A DNA stretch of 64,000 nt from an uncultured Lachnospiraceae bacterium. GTDB lineage: Bacteria > Bacillota > Clostridia > Lachnospirales > Lachnospiraceae. Positions 30,390 to 40,509 of the stretch are shown here, one piece after another. The DNA lies in contig CANQPJ010000005.1 of assembly GCA_947625755.1 (NCBI GenBank), forward strand, positions 15,832 to 79,831, read 5' to 3'. How positions within the stretch are numbered: the first letter of the stretch is position 1; every line of letters begins with the position of its first letter. Both the position numbers and the translations under genes were made by a program. The notes beneath the pieces were generated by a model. That model was not told the DNA's origin, ran no database searches, and saw nothing but the letters and a program-made list of their open reading frames with translations.

Positions 30390-31033
30390 GTTTCATTCTT
30401 TTGTCCCCGTTTTATGATATAGAGCTTTGTTTCACTTTGATTGATGTTTTTTAAATACTCTAAACTGATTTTCCTATATTTCTCCAGTGTTTCTCTTCGG
30501 AAATTTTTCTGCATGATTTTACTTTTCATATACTTTTCACCAAAAAGTTCACCGGACTGAAAATCCTCCTTCATTTTCTCGGGCTCCCTGTCAATAAAAT
30601 AAATCTCATCAGCCAATTTTAAAAATCTGTCAGGAATGGTATTTCTGACAGCTATTCCTGTAATTTTTTTAAAATATTGGTTCGCTCCTTCAAATCGCTT
30701 TAAATTGGTAGAAGTATATACGTCTATGCCTCTCTTTAACATTTCTTCTATAACATTATAGACAAATCCCTGATGTCTGACCTTCATACCCATTTCATCC
30801 ATAATTACGAGGTCCGGAGCCTTCGCTAAAATATCATCCGGTTTCAAACCTTTAGCGCAATAATCCGATTGATTTATTCCATTGTCCTCTAGTATTTTTG
30901 TAACATCTCTATGTCCGCCATGCAGAAATCCCACTAAAACTTTTTTTCCCTTCGCTCTTTCTTCCATGGCTTTTTGCACCATTGCATAGCTCTTTCCTGC
31001 ACCGGGCGTATAACTGGTAAAAATTGTCAACAT
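30386..31033 (-). CDS. Stand-alone KdpD N-terminal sensor-like P-loop domain protein
   Basis: IFTSYTPGAGKSYAM, LVIMDEM, RGIDVYTSTNL, ITGIAVRNTIPD..LKLADEIYFID, NFRRETL match the KdpD N-terminal pattern; no USP, TM or kinase domain. Confidence 0.75.
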   Translation of the reverse strand: MLTIFTSYTPGAGKSYAMVQKAMEERAKGKKVLVGFLHGGHRDVTKILEDNGINQSDYCAKGLKPDDILAKAPDLVIMDEMGMKVRHQGFVYNVIEEMLKRGIDVYTSTNLKRFEGANQYFKKITGIAVRNTIPDRFLKLADEIYFIDREPEKMKEDFQSGELFGEKYMKSKIMQKNFRRETLEKYRKISLEYLKNINQSETKLYIIKRGQKNET

Positions 31034-31091
31034 CTGCTTTCAACCCCTCATTGCCTCTCATAACATTTACAAGTCTACCCTGCCTGTATCT

Positions 31092-32081
31092 TTACTCATA
31101 TTGTTTGTTTAATCTTGCAATCTCATTCTTTAACTCGTCTACTACACTTTCAGGCTCCAGTATTTTGACTCCTTCACCCAGACCAATAATCCATCCGAAA
31201 AACATATTACTGATATTTACTCTGACATTTATAGTAAAAGAATTTTCATCTTTGGGAATAATCATAACATCTTTTCCAAACCGGTCTATTACTACTCCAA
31301 TCAGTCTGTTATCAAATTGTATTTTTACATTTTTCTCATTTCCGGTAAACATTCCAAAAACTTTTTTTGCATACAAGGCCATGTCAAACTCTTTAAATTG
31401 TGCTTTTCCGTCACGGGCAGTGTCTAAAAGTTTTATTCTTCTCATTTTATCTACCCGATAATGTTTGATACTACCGCTTTCACCGTCAAAAGCCACCATA
31501 TAGTAGTTTTCGTCATCCCATGTGAGCGCCCACGGACTAATATCCGTTTTATGCCCGTTTTCTCTTATTTTCATTTCCTTATTGCGTGTCCATTCATAAT
31601 AATCAAACTGTATTTTACTATTACGATTAATAGCCAAATTCAAATTATCAATATTGTAATAGACACTTTCATAATTTGTTTTTACACGATTGGCTACATA
31701 AACCTGTCTCTGAAGTTCTGTCGCCTGATATTTACTCGCCTGATTTTCAATTTTTTTAATGAGTTCATTTGAACGTTTTTCTGATATAAACTTTGACGCC
31801 TGAACTGCATCTACCAGCAATTTAAGCTCGGGCAGTTCGAAATCCCTTGTAATAAGCGAATAATAGTAAGTCCCGCCGCTCTTATTTCCTTCTATCTCAT
31901 ATCCATAATCATTCAGCACGCCAATATCCATATAAATAGTTTTACGCTCTGCCTTGATTCCTAATGCATTCAGTTCACTGATAATCTGCGCCATGGTAAT
32001 GCCATGCTGCTCATCTGTATTTTTTTTAAATATATCTAATAATGCTAATAGTTTCTGTTTTTGATTTTCAGACCTTGCCAT
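31092..32081 (-). CDS. WYL-domain transcriptional regulator (wHTH-WYL-WCX)
   Basis: N-terminal HTH (ERKTIYMDIGVL), ISPWALTWDDENYYMVA..HYRVDKM, C-terminal FFGWIIGLGEGVKILEP. Confidence 0.88.
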   Translation of the reverse strand: MARSENQKQKLLALLDIFKKNTDEQHGITMAQIISELNALGIKAERKTIYMDIGVLNDYGYEIEGNKSGGTYYYSLITRDFELPELKLLVDAVQASKFISEKRSNELIKKIENQASKYQATELQRQVYVANRVKTNYESVYYNIDNLNLAINRNSKIQFDYYEWTRNKEMKIRENGHKTDISPWALTWDDENYYMVAFDGESGSIKHYRVDKMRRIKLLDTARDGKAQFKEFDMALYAKKVFGMFTGNEKNVKIQFDNRLIGVVIDRFGKDVMIIPKDENSFTINVRVNISNMFFGWIIGLGEGVKILEPESVVDELKNEIARLNKQYE

Positions 32082-32117
32082 TCCAACTTCTCCTGTGTTA
32101 TGTAAACTATATCTGTG

Positions 32118-32615
32118 TTAATAGCTTCGAAGGGAATCTGTTTCCTCTTCCCCGGTATTTTCTATCGATTTGATAACTACATAATAACTATAACTGTCAT
32201 TTACCTGTATTTCCACTCTATCTCCTACTTTGTGTCCCATAAGAGCCGCTCCCATGGGAGACTCATTACTAATTCTTCCCTTTACGGAATCTCCCCGCAT
32301 AGTGCTTACAATCTTAAAAGTTTCGGTTTCGTCCTCCTCCTCAAAATAAATTTGAACCGTATTATTCAATCCTACTTCATCACTCTTTGATTTATCTGAA
32401 ATAATCGTAGCTGTTTTTAAAATTTTCTCCAGATAACGAATACGGCTTTCATTTTTGTTTTTATCTTTTTTGGCTGCATGATACTCAAAATTTTCACTTA
32501 AATCTCCATGTGCTCTTGCCTCTTTAACAGCTTCCAGCGCTTCTTTGCGCACGACCAGTTTTCTATGTTCTATTTCTTCCTTAATCTTTTCAACATCGCT
32601 TTTTGTCAGCTCCAT
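32118..32615 (-). CDS. greA: Transcription elongation factor GreA
   Basis: EARAHGDLSENFEYHAAK, ISNESPMGAALMG; ATG 32615 follows SD GGAGG. Confidence 0.92.
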   Translation of the reverse strand: MELTKSDVEKIKEEIEHRKLVVRKEALEAVKEARAHGDLSENFEYHAAKKDKNKNESRIRYLEKILKTATIISDKSKSDEVGLNNTVQIYFEEEDETETFKIVSTMRGDSVKGRISNESPMGAALMGHKVGDRVEIQVNDSYSYYVVIKSIENTGEEETDSLRSY

Positions 32616-32675
32616 AAATTCCTCCATATATCATACAGCCACGCACCTAAACCGGCAGCGTGGCTGTTCGTTTTA

Positions 32676-34037
32676 TTATCTTTCTTCAATCTTTTTATAA
32701 ACATTGTAATCACAGTTGCTTACATACGCCGGTCTCATTATCTTATCTGCATTGACTAATTCCTCAATACGATGTGCACTCCAGCCTACAATTCTGGCTA
32801 TGGCAAACATTGGCGTAAATAATTCTTCCGGAATGTCAAGCATGCTGTAAACTAATCCGCTATAAAAATCTACGTTTGCACTGACGCCCTTATACATCTT
32901 GCGTTCCTCTGCAATAACCTTCGGTGCTAAATGTTCAATCATACTGTACAGCTGAAAATCTTTTTCCCTTCCTTTTTCAATAGCCAGTTTTTCCACAAAA
33001 GCCTTAAATATCTCTGCTCTCGGATCTGATACAGAATAAACTGCATGTCCCATGCCATAAATCAGTCCTTTCTTATTGAAGGCTTCCTGATTAAGAATCT
33101 TTCGGAGGTATTCTTTTACCTGTTCCTGATCCGTTATATCTGACACATTCTTTCTAATATCCTTAAACATTTCTACCACCATGATATTTGCCCCTCCATG
33201 TCGAGGTCCTTTTAATGATGATAAAGCTGCCGCAATAGTTGAATATGTATCAGAACCAGAAGATGTTACCACTCTGGTAGTAAAGGTTGAATTGTTTCCT
33301 CCTCCATGCTCCATATGCAGAACTAATGCCAAATCCAGTACCTTTGCTTCCAATTCCGTATATTGCTTATCCGGGCGAAGTATTCGCAGGAAATTTTCAC
33401 TGGTAGATAACTCCGGTCTTGGACGATGAATATAAAGACTTCCATTTTTTTTGTAATGATTGTATGCCTGGTATCCGTATACCGACAACATAGGAAAGAG
33501 GGCAATCAGTTCAACACACTGACGAATAACATTTTCCAAAGATGTATCCGATACATTTTTATCATATGATGCCAATGTCAGAATACTTTTTGTCAATGAA
33601 TTCATAATATCTGAACTTGGTGCTTTCATAATAACATCCCGCACAAAGTTTGTCGGAAGCCTTCTTCCTGCCGCTAACATTCTCTTAAATTCAGTTAGAT
33701 TTTCTTTATCCGGAAGTTCTCCAAAAAGCAACAGATACGCTATTTCTTCAAATCCATACCTGTTCTCTCCCATAAATCCTTTTACCAGCTCTTGAATCTT
33801 ATATCCTCTGTAATATAATCTTCCGGGAGCCGGAACACTCTTTCCATCTATTATTTCAGATGATTCTATCCGGGAAATATTTGTAATACCTGTAACAACC
33901 CCCTGTCCGTTGATGTCTCGCAGTCCTCTTTTTACTCCATACTCCGTAAATAATTCTTTTTGTACATTGTCGTTTTTTCTACAAATCTTACCATATTTTT
34001 CCGTAAAATTTCTTACATCCTCTTTTTTTATTGTCAT
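32676..34037 (-). CDS. gltA: Citrate synthase (citrate/2-methylcitrate synthase family)
   Basis: LHMEHGGGNNSTF, GPRHGGAN, GMGHAVY..DPR, ANVDFYSG, RIVGWSAH. Confidence 0.92.
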   Translation of the reverse strand: MTIKKEDVRNFTEKYGKICRKNDNVQKELFTEYGVKRGLRDINGQGVVTGITNISRIESSEIIDGKSVPAPGRLYYRGYKIQELVKGFMGENRYGFEEIAYLLLFGELPDKENLTEFKRMLAAGRRLPTNFVRDVIMKAPSSDIMNSLTKSILTLASYDKNVSDTSLENVIRQCVELIALFPMLSVYGYQAYNHYKKNGSLYIHRPRPELSTSENFLRILRPDKQYTELEAKVLDLALVLHMEHGGGNNSTFTTRVVTSSGSDTYSTIAAALSSLKGPRHGGANIMVVEMFKDIRKNVSDITDQEQVKEYLRKILNQEAFNKKGLIYGMGHAVYSVSDPRAEIFKAFVEKLAIEKGREKDFQLYSMIEHLAPKVIAEERKMYKGVSANVDFYSGLVYSMLDIPEELFTPMFAIARIVGWSAHRIEELVNADKIMRPAYVSNCDYNVYKKIEER

Positions 34038-34141
34038 AAATACCCCTCTTACATCTTTACTTACTCTTTCACTTTTATCACATCATGCAGTTTGCAGATA
34101 GACGAACAAACCCTTAATTACATTGCAGCCGGTAATAACTG

Positions 34142-35020
34142 CTAATAAATAAACCAAACAGCATCATGAATAACTTTAAAATCTACCACTGCCCTGCCTG
34201 TCTCCTTCTCGCCATCCAATGACCAGTCTATATCTGTACAATCCGTAATCCGAGCCGATGTAATCTGCTCTAACATTATCTTACCGGTAAATTTTTGTGT
34301 AAATATTTTTAATACCAGTCGAATAAACTCCAGACATCCTTTCGGAAACTCTACCAGCATCAGTTCAAACAGACCATCGTTAAACTCCACCATGTCTTTG
34401 TCGAGCTTCATAATGCCTCCGACTTTTGTTGCATTATTGATGGCAGCAAAAATATATTTTCCCTCATAAGTCTTATCCGGCAGTTCAATTTTTAATTTTA
34501 ACCTCCGAATATGGAACAGTTCTCTCACTCCATGTAATATATAAGCAAAATGTCCTAACCTATTTTTCATTTTTTGTGGTGTGGAATAAGATGTTTTTGT
34601 AAAAATACCTGCCGAAGCTGTATACACAAAATAACGCCCGTTAAACATTCCCATATCTAATGGTCTTGCCTCATTGCTTACAATAAATTCAGCCTGTTCC
34701 TTTGGATTCGTCTTTAAACCAAGACTGGCGGCAAAATCATTGGTGGAACCTGCCGGAATATAACCAAGCGGTGTAGATACTTCTGCTTCAATCATACCCT
34801 GAATAACTTCGTTAAGGGTACCATCTCCACCCATACACACAATCAGGTCCGCCTTTGCTCCATACTCTCTGGCAATGTTGGTGCCATCCAGTCTTTTTTT
34901 CGTATATTTAATACCTACCTTATATCCTGCATTTTCAAATACCTTCACAGCATCATCAATATAGTTTTTATTTTTTTTCAATCCAGCCTTTGGATTAATA
35001 ATATACAAAAGCTTTTTCAT
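34142..35020 (-). CDS. Diacylglycerol kinase family lipid kinase (YegS/BmrU type)
   Basis: IINPKAG, GGDGTLNEV, IPAGSTNDFA, LDGE motifs. Confidence 0.88.
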   Translation of the reverse strand: MKKLLYIINPKAGLKKNKNYIDDAVKVFENAGYKVGIKYTKKRLDGTNIAREYGAKADLIVCMGGDGTLNEVIQGMIEAEVSTPLGYIPAGSTNDFAASLGLKTNPKEQAEFIVSNEARPLDMGMFNGRYFVYTASAGIFTKTSYSTPQKMKNRLGHFAYILHGVRELFHIRRLKLKIELPDKTYEGKYIFAAINNATKVGGIMKLDKDMVEFNDGLFELMLVEFPKGCLEFIRLVLKIFTQKFTGKIMLEQITSARITDCTDIDWSLDGEKETGRAVVDFKVIHDAVWFIY

Positions 35021-35105
35021 TGTAATACTCCTTAGTATAATAGCTATTTTACAAAATATTTACATTTATTATTATGAAATTAAATTGAACATTCTGTGAA
35101 CTTCT

Positions 35106-35897
35106 CTATTTCTTTTTCCCTATGAAAAAGGTTCCTACCTGATGTCCCTCTAATGCCTTATAAATATTCTCCGGTTCATTTCCATTCATTACAATGGTAT
35201 CAATTCCTGCTTCCGTTGAAATCTGCGCCGCCTGAAGTTTTGTAACCATTCCACCGGTTCCAAATTTAGAGCCTCTGCCTCCAGCCATTTTATATAATTC
35301 CGGTGTGATTTCCTCAACCACAGGTATAATCCTTGCATACTCATCCTCATTAGGATTTGCATTATATAAACCGTCAATATCCGTTAATATTAACAATACA
35401 TCTGCTCCGATTAATTTTGCAACAATAGCTGATAAGCTGTCATTATCTCCATAAAGGATTTCTTCAATGGCTACAGCATCATTCTCGTTAATAACAGGAA
35501 TGGCTCCCATTTTAAATATTTCTTCAAATGTATTGATAAGATTTTCTCTGCACTCACTATTTTCCACATCTCTTTTTGTCATAAGAAACTGTCCGGTAGT
35601 ATGACCATACTCCCCAAACATTTTATCATACATAAACATAAGCTCGCATTGTCCTATGGTGGCAGCTGCCTGTTTGCCCGCAGTCGTAGTCGGTCGTTCT
35701 TTCAGCCCTAATTTCCCGACACCTACGCCAATAGCCCCGGATGTAACTAATGCTACCTGCTTTCCCGAATTTACTACATCGGAAATAACCGTAACTAATT
35801 TTTTCATTCTGCGAATATTTGCTTTTCCCGTACTATGCGCTAATATGGAGGTTCCCACCTTTATCACTATACGCTCCACATTATCTACTGTTGCCAT
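35106..35897 (-). CDS. proB: Glutamate 5-kinase (no PUA domain)
   Basis: IVIKVGTS, VTSGAI, VINENDAV, GDNDSLSA, GTGGMVTKL; start ATG 35897 after SD AAGGAG. Confidence 0.93.
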   Translation of the reverse strand: MATVDNVERIVIKVGTSILAHSTGKANIRRMKKLVTVISDVVNSGKQVALVTSGAIGVGVGKLGLKERPTTTAGKQAAATIGQCELMFMYDKMFGEYGHTTGQFLMTKRDVENSECRENLINTFEEIFKMGAIPVINENDAVAIEEILYGDNDSLSAIVAKLIGADVLLILTDIDGLYNANPNEDEYARIIPVVEEITPELYKMAGGRGSKFGTGGMVTKLQAAQISTEAGIDTIVMNGNEPENIYKALEGHQVGTFFIGKKK

Positions 35898-36055
35898 ATT
35901 TCTATTCTCCTTTGTCCTACTCACACATATATTATTTTAAATCCCCTTCCACATTTTGTAAACCTATAATTGCCATGCAGAAAGAAATATACAGACTGTA
36001 CGCAAGAGTTCACTCTCGCGTACAGTCTGTATATTTCTTTCTATATAGCGTTAAT

Positions 36056-36925
36056 TTATATTTCACTCTTAAAATGAGACTTAAATCCTTCCCCAAACAC
36101 TTCATTTGCCGAAGTGACAATCATAAATGCATCAGGATCAACTTCTTTTAAGATATTTCTCACTTTTGTCAGGGTTTGTTTTCTCATAACACACATTATG
36201 ATTTCTGTATCATGATTGCTGTATGCTCCCATTCCCCGCATCATTGTGACGCCAACTTCTAATTCCTGCATCATTCTGACCGCAATAATTTTTCTCCGAT
36301 TGCTGATAATATAAACTAAAGTTGCTTCATCTCCACCATATATTGCTCTGTCCATTACCACAGAAGATACATAAATTGCAATAGCCGCAAACAAAGCTAC
36401 TTCTATATTATGAAAAGCGAGTGCAGATGCCGCTAATATGACCACATCCATGAGTAAATAAATCTGACCGGTCTTCAGATGAGGTCTTTTCTGCTTCACA
36501 AGTTTTACAAGTACATCCATGCCCCCGGTGGTTGTCTCCATGCGAAACATAACGCCCATGGCAAAACCAAACAAGCCTCCCCCAATAATGGACGCCAGCA
36601 TCCTATCATTTGTAAACGATGTAATGTTCGTCAAGGAAGGGGCAATATCTATTACAACTGACGAAATAATTAACGTGTAAATTGTCGATAATACAAATCT
36701 GATTCCAAATTTCCATGCACCCAATATCAGAATAGGAATGTTAATAATCAGAATCAGCATACCTACTCCCGGCAGAAACGGAAACACCTTTTTCAGTATA
36801 ATTGCTATCCCGGATACTCCGCCGGGTGCTAATTGATTGGGATTGAGGAAAAAGGCGATTCCTATGGCATATAAAACAGATGAAAGTGTAATAATAATAT
36901 ATCTCCACAAAAATTTTACTACCAT
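36056..36925 (-). CDS. YitT family membrane protein
   Basis: LAPGGVSGIA, TTGGMD, C-terminal DUF2179-type GVT..G.GAY..EVDPDAF. Confidence 0.88.
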   Translation of the reverse strand: MVVKFLWRYIIITLSSVLYAIGIAFFLNPNQLAPGGVSGIAIILKKVFPFLPGVGMLILIINIPILILGAWKFGIRFVLSTIYTLIISSVVIDIAPSLTNITSFTNDRMLASIIGGGLFGFAMGVMFRMETTTGGMDVLVKLVKQKRPHLKTGQIYLLMDVVILAASALAFHNIEVALFAAIAIYVSSVVMDRAIYGGDEATLVYIISNRRKIIAVRMMQELEVGVTMMRGMGAYSNHDTEIIMCVMRKQTLTKVRNILKEVDPDAFMIVTSANEVFGEGFKSHFKSEI

Positions 36926-36939
36926 ATATTCCTCCTAAA

Positions 36940-37004
36940 AAGATATAACTTATCATTAGGATGTCCCTTTATATCAATTCAATCCCTTTGATAAGTTATA
37001 TCTT
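36940..37004 (-). terminator. Long hairpin immediately before the yitT SD
   Basis: Perfect 16-bp arms aagatataacttatca / tgataagttatatctt around a 33-nt loop, U run then AGGAGG on the minus strand. Confidence 0.5.
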
Positions 37005-37027
37005 AAATATTATTTTACATATCACTA

Positions 37028-37246
37028 TTATTCTTCATCATCACCCGGCAGCTCTGCTGTCGGAACACTACATGCAGTGGGATTAATGGAACATTCCGCA
37101 CAACCCCTGATAACTGATTTGTCTTTTTTTACATCATTTTCTCCCTGCACCACTTCGTTGACTTTTACATTGATATGTCCGTCTCCTTTTTCCATGCTTC
37201 CGTCAAGCATTGCCACAATATCATCTATCATTTTTTCTTTATCCAT
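37028..37246 (-). CDS. Small acidic hypothetical protein with CxxC-x6-C motif
   Basis: 72 aa ORF with strong SD AGGAGG; GCAECSINPTACS. Confidence 0.7.
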   Translation of the reverse strand: MDKEKMIDDIVAMLDGSMEKGDGHINVKVNEVVQGENDVKKDKSVIRGCAECSINPTACSVPTAELPGDDEE

Positions 37247-37294
37247 AATATCCTCCTAACACAAACTCTGTTGCGGTACCATGATTATATTTCA

Positions 37295-38560
37295 TTATAC
37301 TGTTACCGTCTTTTTTCCGGACCATTTCGTATAAACAGTTTTTCCGCCGATTTTTTTCGATGCCCGGAACCGTACATAATATTCACTATTAGTGTCTACA
37401 TCAGACAAATTCACTTTCGTTTTTTTGACTGTCATCTTTTTTGCATTGCTGAAAGCGCTGTTTTTTGAATACTGTATGATATATTTCACACCGCTTTCTA
37501 CTTTATCCAATGTAACCTCTCCGCCATTCGTATTTTTAATCTTTGGTATTTTCACTTTAAATTTGGCTCTCTTACTTTTCGTGGACAGTGCGTTCTTACC
37601 CTTCCTGTAAGCATATCGTGCCATAGGATACCTGCTATAAAAATCATCCGTTTTGTATTCAGCAAACCTTACATGGTCTTTAAAATTATCCCCTTTCAGG
37701 AAATATTTATATCCGGTTTTCATGTGATAATAAGTGGAATCCCATGTTGCATCAATATTATAATAATATTTCCCTATCCGGACAATGTTCCACCCATGCG
37801 TCTCACCTTTTGAATATCCCGGAATCAGTCTGACCGGAACGTCCGCTTCCTTCAACATAATATACATCAGTTGGGAATATCCCTGACATACTGCTTTTCC
37901 ATAAAACAATGCCGAATAAGACGTAAAGGAAAGATTGCTGTCATCCGGTACAAAACTTAAATTTTTGTATGCATATTTTACATTTTTGCACACATAATCA
38001 TATATCTTCTTTATCTTTTTATAATTGGATGTTTTCTTATTAAATTTAAAACTTCGAATAATCGATTTTACTTTGGAAACAACCTTTTTCTTTTGTGCCA
38101 GAGTTGTATAATAGCGATAACGGATATTAAACTGATAGCAATAGTATTCCTTACCTTTTTCATTTATTGGAAAATAAGAATACTGCATGGTTTGTGAACT
38201 AATATCCCAATAAAGATAATCGCCTCCGGAAATATCCTTTACATCTTTTGTCAGTTCCTTTTTAAACTCTTCATAAGCCTTGGTAGGTGATGAGGCTTTT
38301 GATTTAAAAAATACACTTATATTCGAACGATGATTAATTACCTTTTGTCTCACTTTTTTCGCTGCCTGCTCAACCGACACATATTTTCCGACATTAGGCA
38401 TACCCTCAAGTGATTTTAATTTTATCTGTTCTTGCATAGGTAGTATTTTCATATCAGACGTTTGCGCCTTTGCCTGAATCTCAACACTACTCAAACCCAT
38501 GAAGAAAATGAACAATAGTATTATTAACCTTATCTTTTTAATTTTATTTTCCCCTTCCAT
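37295..38560 (-). CDS. Secreted transglutaminase-like domain protein with a basic C-terminal FN3-like module
   Basis: Signal peptide; Cys-His-Asp triad AVCQGYS..HGWN..IDATWD. Confidence 0.82.
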   Translation of the reverse strand: MEGENKIKKIRLIILLFIFFMGLSSVEIQAKAQTSDMKILPMQEQIKLKSLEGMPNVGKYVSVEQAAKKVRQKVINHRSNISVFFKSKASSPTKAYEEFKKELTKDVKDISGGDYLYWDISSQTMQYSYFPINEKGKEYYCYQFNIRYRYYTTLAQKKKVVSKVKSIIRSFKFNKKTSNYKKIKKIYDYVCKNVKYAYKNLSFVPDDSNLSFTSYSALFYGKAVCQGYSQLMYIMLKEADVPVRLIPGYSKGETHGWNIVRIGKYYYNIDATWDSTYYHMKTGYKYFLKGDNFKDHVRFAEYKTDDFYSRYPMARYAYRKGKNALSTKSKRAKFKVKIPKIKNTNGGEVTLDKVESGVKYIIQYSKNSAFSNAKKMTVKKTKVNLSDVDTNSEYYVRFRASKKIGGKTVYTKWSGKKTVTV

Positions 38561-38569
38561 CTCTTTTCT

Positions 38570-40339
38570 TTATTTTGCCTTCTTTCTGTATTTAGATGTA
38601 TATGTCTTTTTGTTGTACTTTTGGGCACGAATCATTTTCCTGCCGCCTTTTAACGTATAGGTAAACTTCTGATTTGAATATTTTTTAAGCCTGAACTGTA
38701 ACTGATATGTTCCTATTAATATCTGTTTTACTCTGTTTTTGCTGCTGATAACGGTATCAAATCCTAATAGTTTATTATTCTGGTCTTTAATCCTTAAGCA
38801 TGGCTCTCCCTTAAATAATACCGTGGAAATATAAATCTTGTATACGATTTTTTTACCTTTAACTGTTCCCTTATGGCTCCATGTGCCAACCCAGAATCTC
38901 ACTTTATGGTTAAATTCTTTTATATTTTTATAAAGATTTTCAGCAGTCTTATTATCTTTTCTGATAGTATTTAACAGATTCATCGCTTCTGTCATCTTGC
39001 CGGCTTCGCCCAGCTTGACTGCCTGCTTGTAAACGCTTTCCGATAAATTTTCAGATTTTGTATACTTTGCAATATCTTTATAGACATTCATACCTTCATC
39101 TGTTTTTCCACTATCTATTAATGATTTTGCGTATGCATATCCATAAGTTCCATATTCATCGGCGAACGACTGGTCTTTCGCAAATACATTTTTAATTGTA
39201 TTCCATGCGGTACTGTAGTCATTCTGATAATAATATATTTGCGCCATTCCGGCACTTGCTTTATTAACCAGATTGAAATCGGAAGCGGCATTAGCGCTTG
39301 CCTTAAATAAGTTCATTGCCTTATCATATTCTTTTTTCTCCAGCAGTGACATTCCCTCATAATAATCTAAAAACGCTCCTGCCATGGTTCCATACTCTGA
39401 ATCCTTGTCAGCTTTGTTACTTTTTGAAAAATAATCCTTTGCGCTTTGCTCATTTTTTTCTAATGCTTTCAGTCCAAGATTGTAGTAGGCTTCAGCTAAA
39501 TATTTTTCACTATTTAAAAATCCTTTTAACTGATTGAACTCTTTGGCAGCCTGCTCATATTTTTTGTTATTTAACAGTTTTTTTGCCTCTTTATATTTAT
39601 TATTCGGTATCATAAAGGCTGTAATCCCTGCTGCCAATATTCCTACGACAACGACAATAATAATCGCCGTGGTTATGTATTTTTTCTTGACAGACTCTCT
39701 TCTGTTCGATTTCTTCGCCTGTATTCTTTTTCTTCTGTTTTCTGTATTTTTTATCGCATTAAATTTTTGTTCTGTATCTTTTAAAATTTTGTCAGAATCC
39801 TTGTACCATGAAATACGCCTTAATATATCAATTCCATTACTCATGTTAACAAAATCTTCTTTGGCAATATCTTCTTTGGCAATAATATAATTATCCTCAT
39901 AATCTTTATTTTTTGCCTTTGCAAATACATCAAGGTCATCAATTATTCCGGTGCTTTCATAGACTGCATCTTCTTTTGACCAAATCGTACCATCTTCAAA
40001 TACAATCCTGTTAACTGTTATGATAATATTTGCCGCATCACTTTCCAGATTAGAGAATGCATCAGCGGTTTGTGATTCCAGATAGCCCAGTCCCAGAGAT
40101 GTATAATTCTGTGTGACAATCTCTTCTTTTCCGTCAGAATCTGTAATCACTAATTTCATATTAATCTCTTGAATTATTTTCTCAAGGATATTAGCAAACG
40201 TTAATTCCAAAGATACTGTATTTTCTTTTGCGCCGCTGTATACGGTACCGGTCTGAAAAATAATAGGGCTTCCATAGGTCCAAAGATTTTCCGCCAGTTC
40301 TTTTAAAACATTTTCTTTGATATTCTTATTTTCTTCCAT
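38570..40339 (-). CDS. Single-pass membrane protein with TPR-like repeats
   Basis: TM IIIVVVVGILAAGITAF, followed by helical repeats (YEQAAKEF..YDKAMNLF). Confidence 0.65.
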   Translation of the reverse strand: MEENKNIKENVLKELAENLWTYGSPIIFQTGTVYSGAKENTVSLELTFANILEKIIQEINMKLVITDSDGKEEIVTQNYTSLGLGYLESQTADAFSNLESDAANIIITVNRIVFEDGTIWSKEDAVYESTGIIDDLDVFAKAKNKDYEDNYIIAKEDIAKEDFVNMSNGIDILRRISWYKDSDKILKDTEQKFNAIKNTENRRKRIQAKKSNRRESVKKKYITTAIIIVVVVGILAAGITAFMIPNNKYKEAKKLLNNKKYEQAAKEFNQLKGFLNSEKYLAEAYYNLGLKALEKNEQSAKDYFSKSNKADKDSEYGTMAGAFLDYYEGMSLLEKKEYDKAMNLFKASANAASDFNLVNKASAGMAQIYYYQNDYSTAWNTIKNVFAKDQSFADEYGTYGYAYAKSLIDSGKTDEGMNVYKDIAKYTKSENLSESVYKQAVKLGEAGKMTEAMNLLNTIRKDNKTAENLYKNIKEFNHKVRFWVGTWSHKGTVKGKKIVYKIYISTVLFKGEPCLRIKDQNNKLLGFDTVISSKNRVKQILIGTYQLQFRLKKYSNQKFTYTLKGGRKMIRAQKYNKKTYTSKYRKKAK

Positions 40340-40461
40340 AGCAATCTCCAAATATTATTTTGTTTTAACCAATGTAAAATACACTCTGTTTTCCTTATGT
40401 ATAATTTACAATTTATTATTTTAACATATTTTTCAATAAAAAAATACCATACTTTATATAA

Positions 40462-40506
40462 ATAAATTCCCAAATATTGGAGTAAATCCAATTTTTGGGA
40501 ATTTAT
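40462..40506 (-). terminator. Terminator after the GH16 gene
   Basis: ataaattcccaaa..tttgggaatttat inverted repeat. Confidence 0.6.
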
Positions 40507-40509
40507 CTT

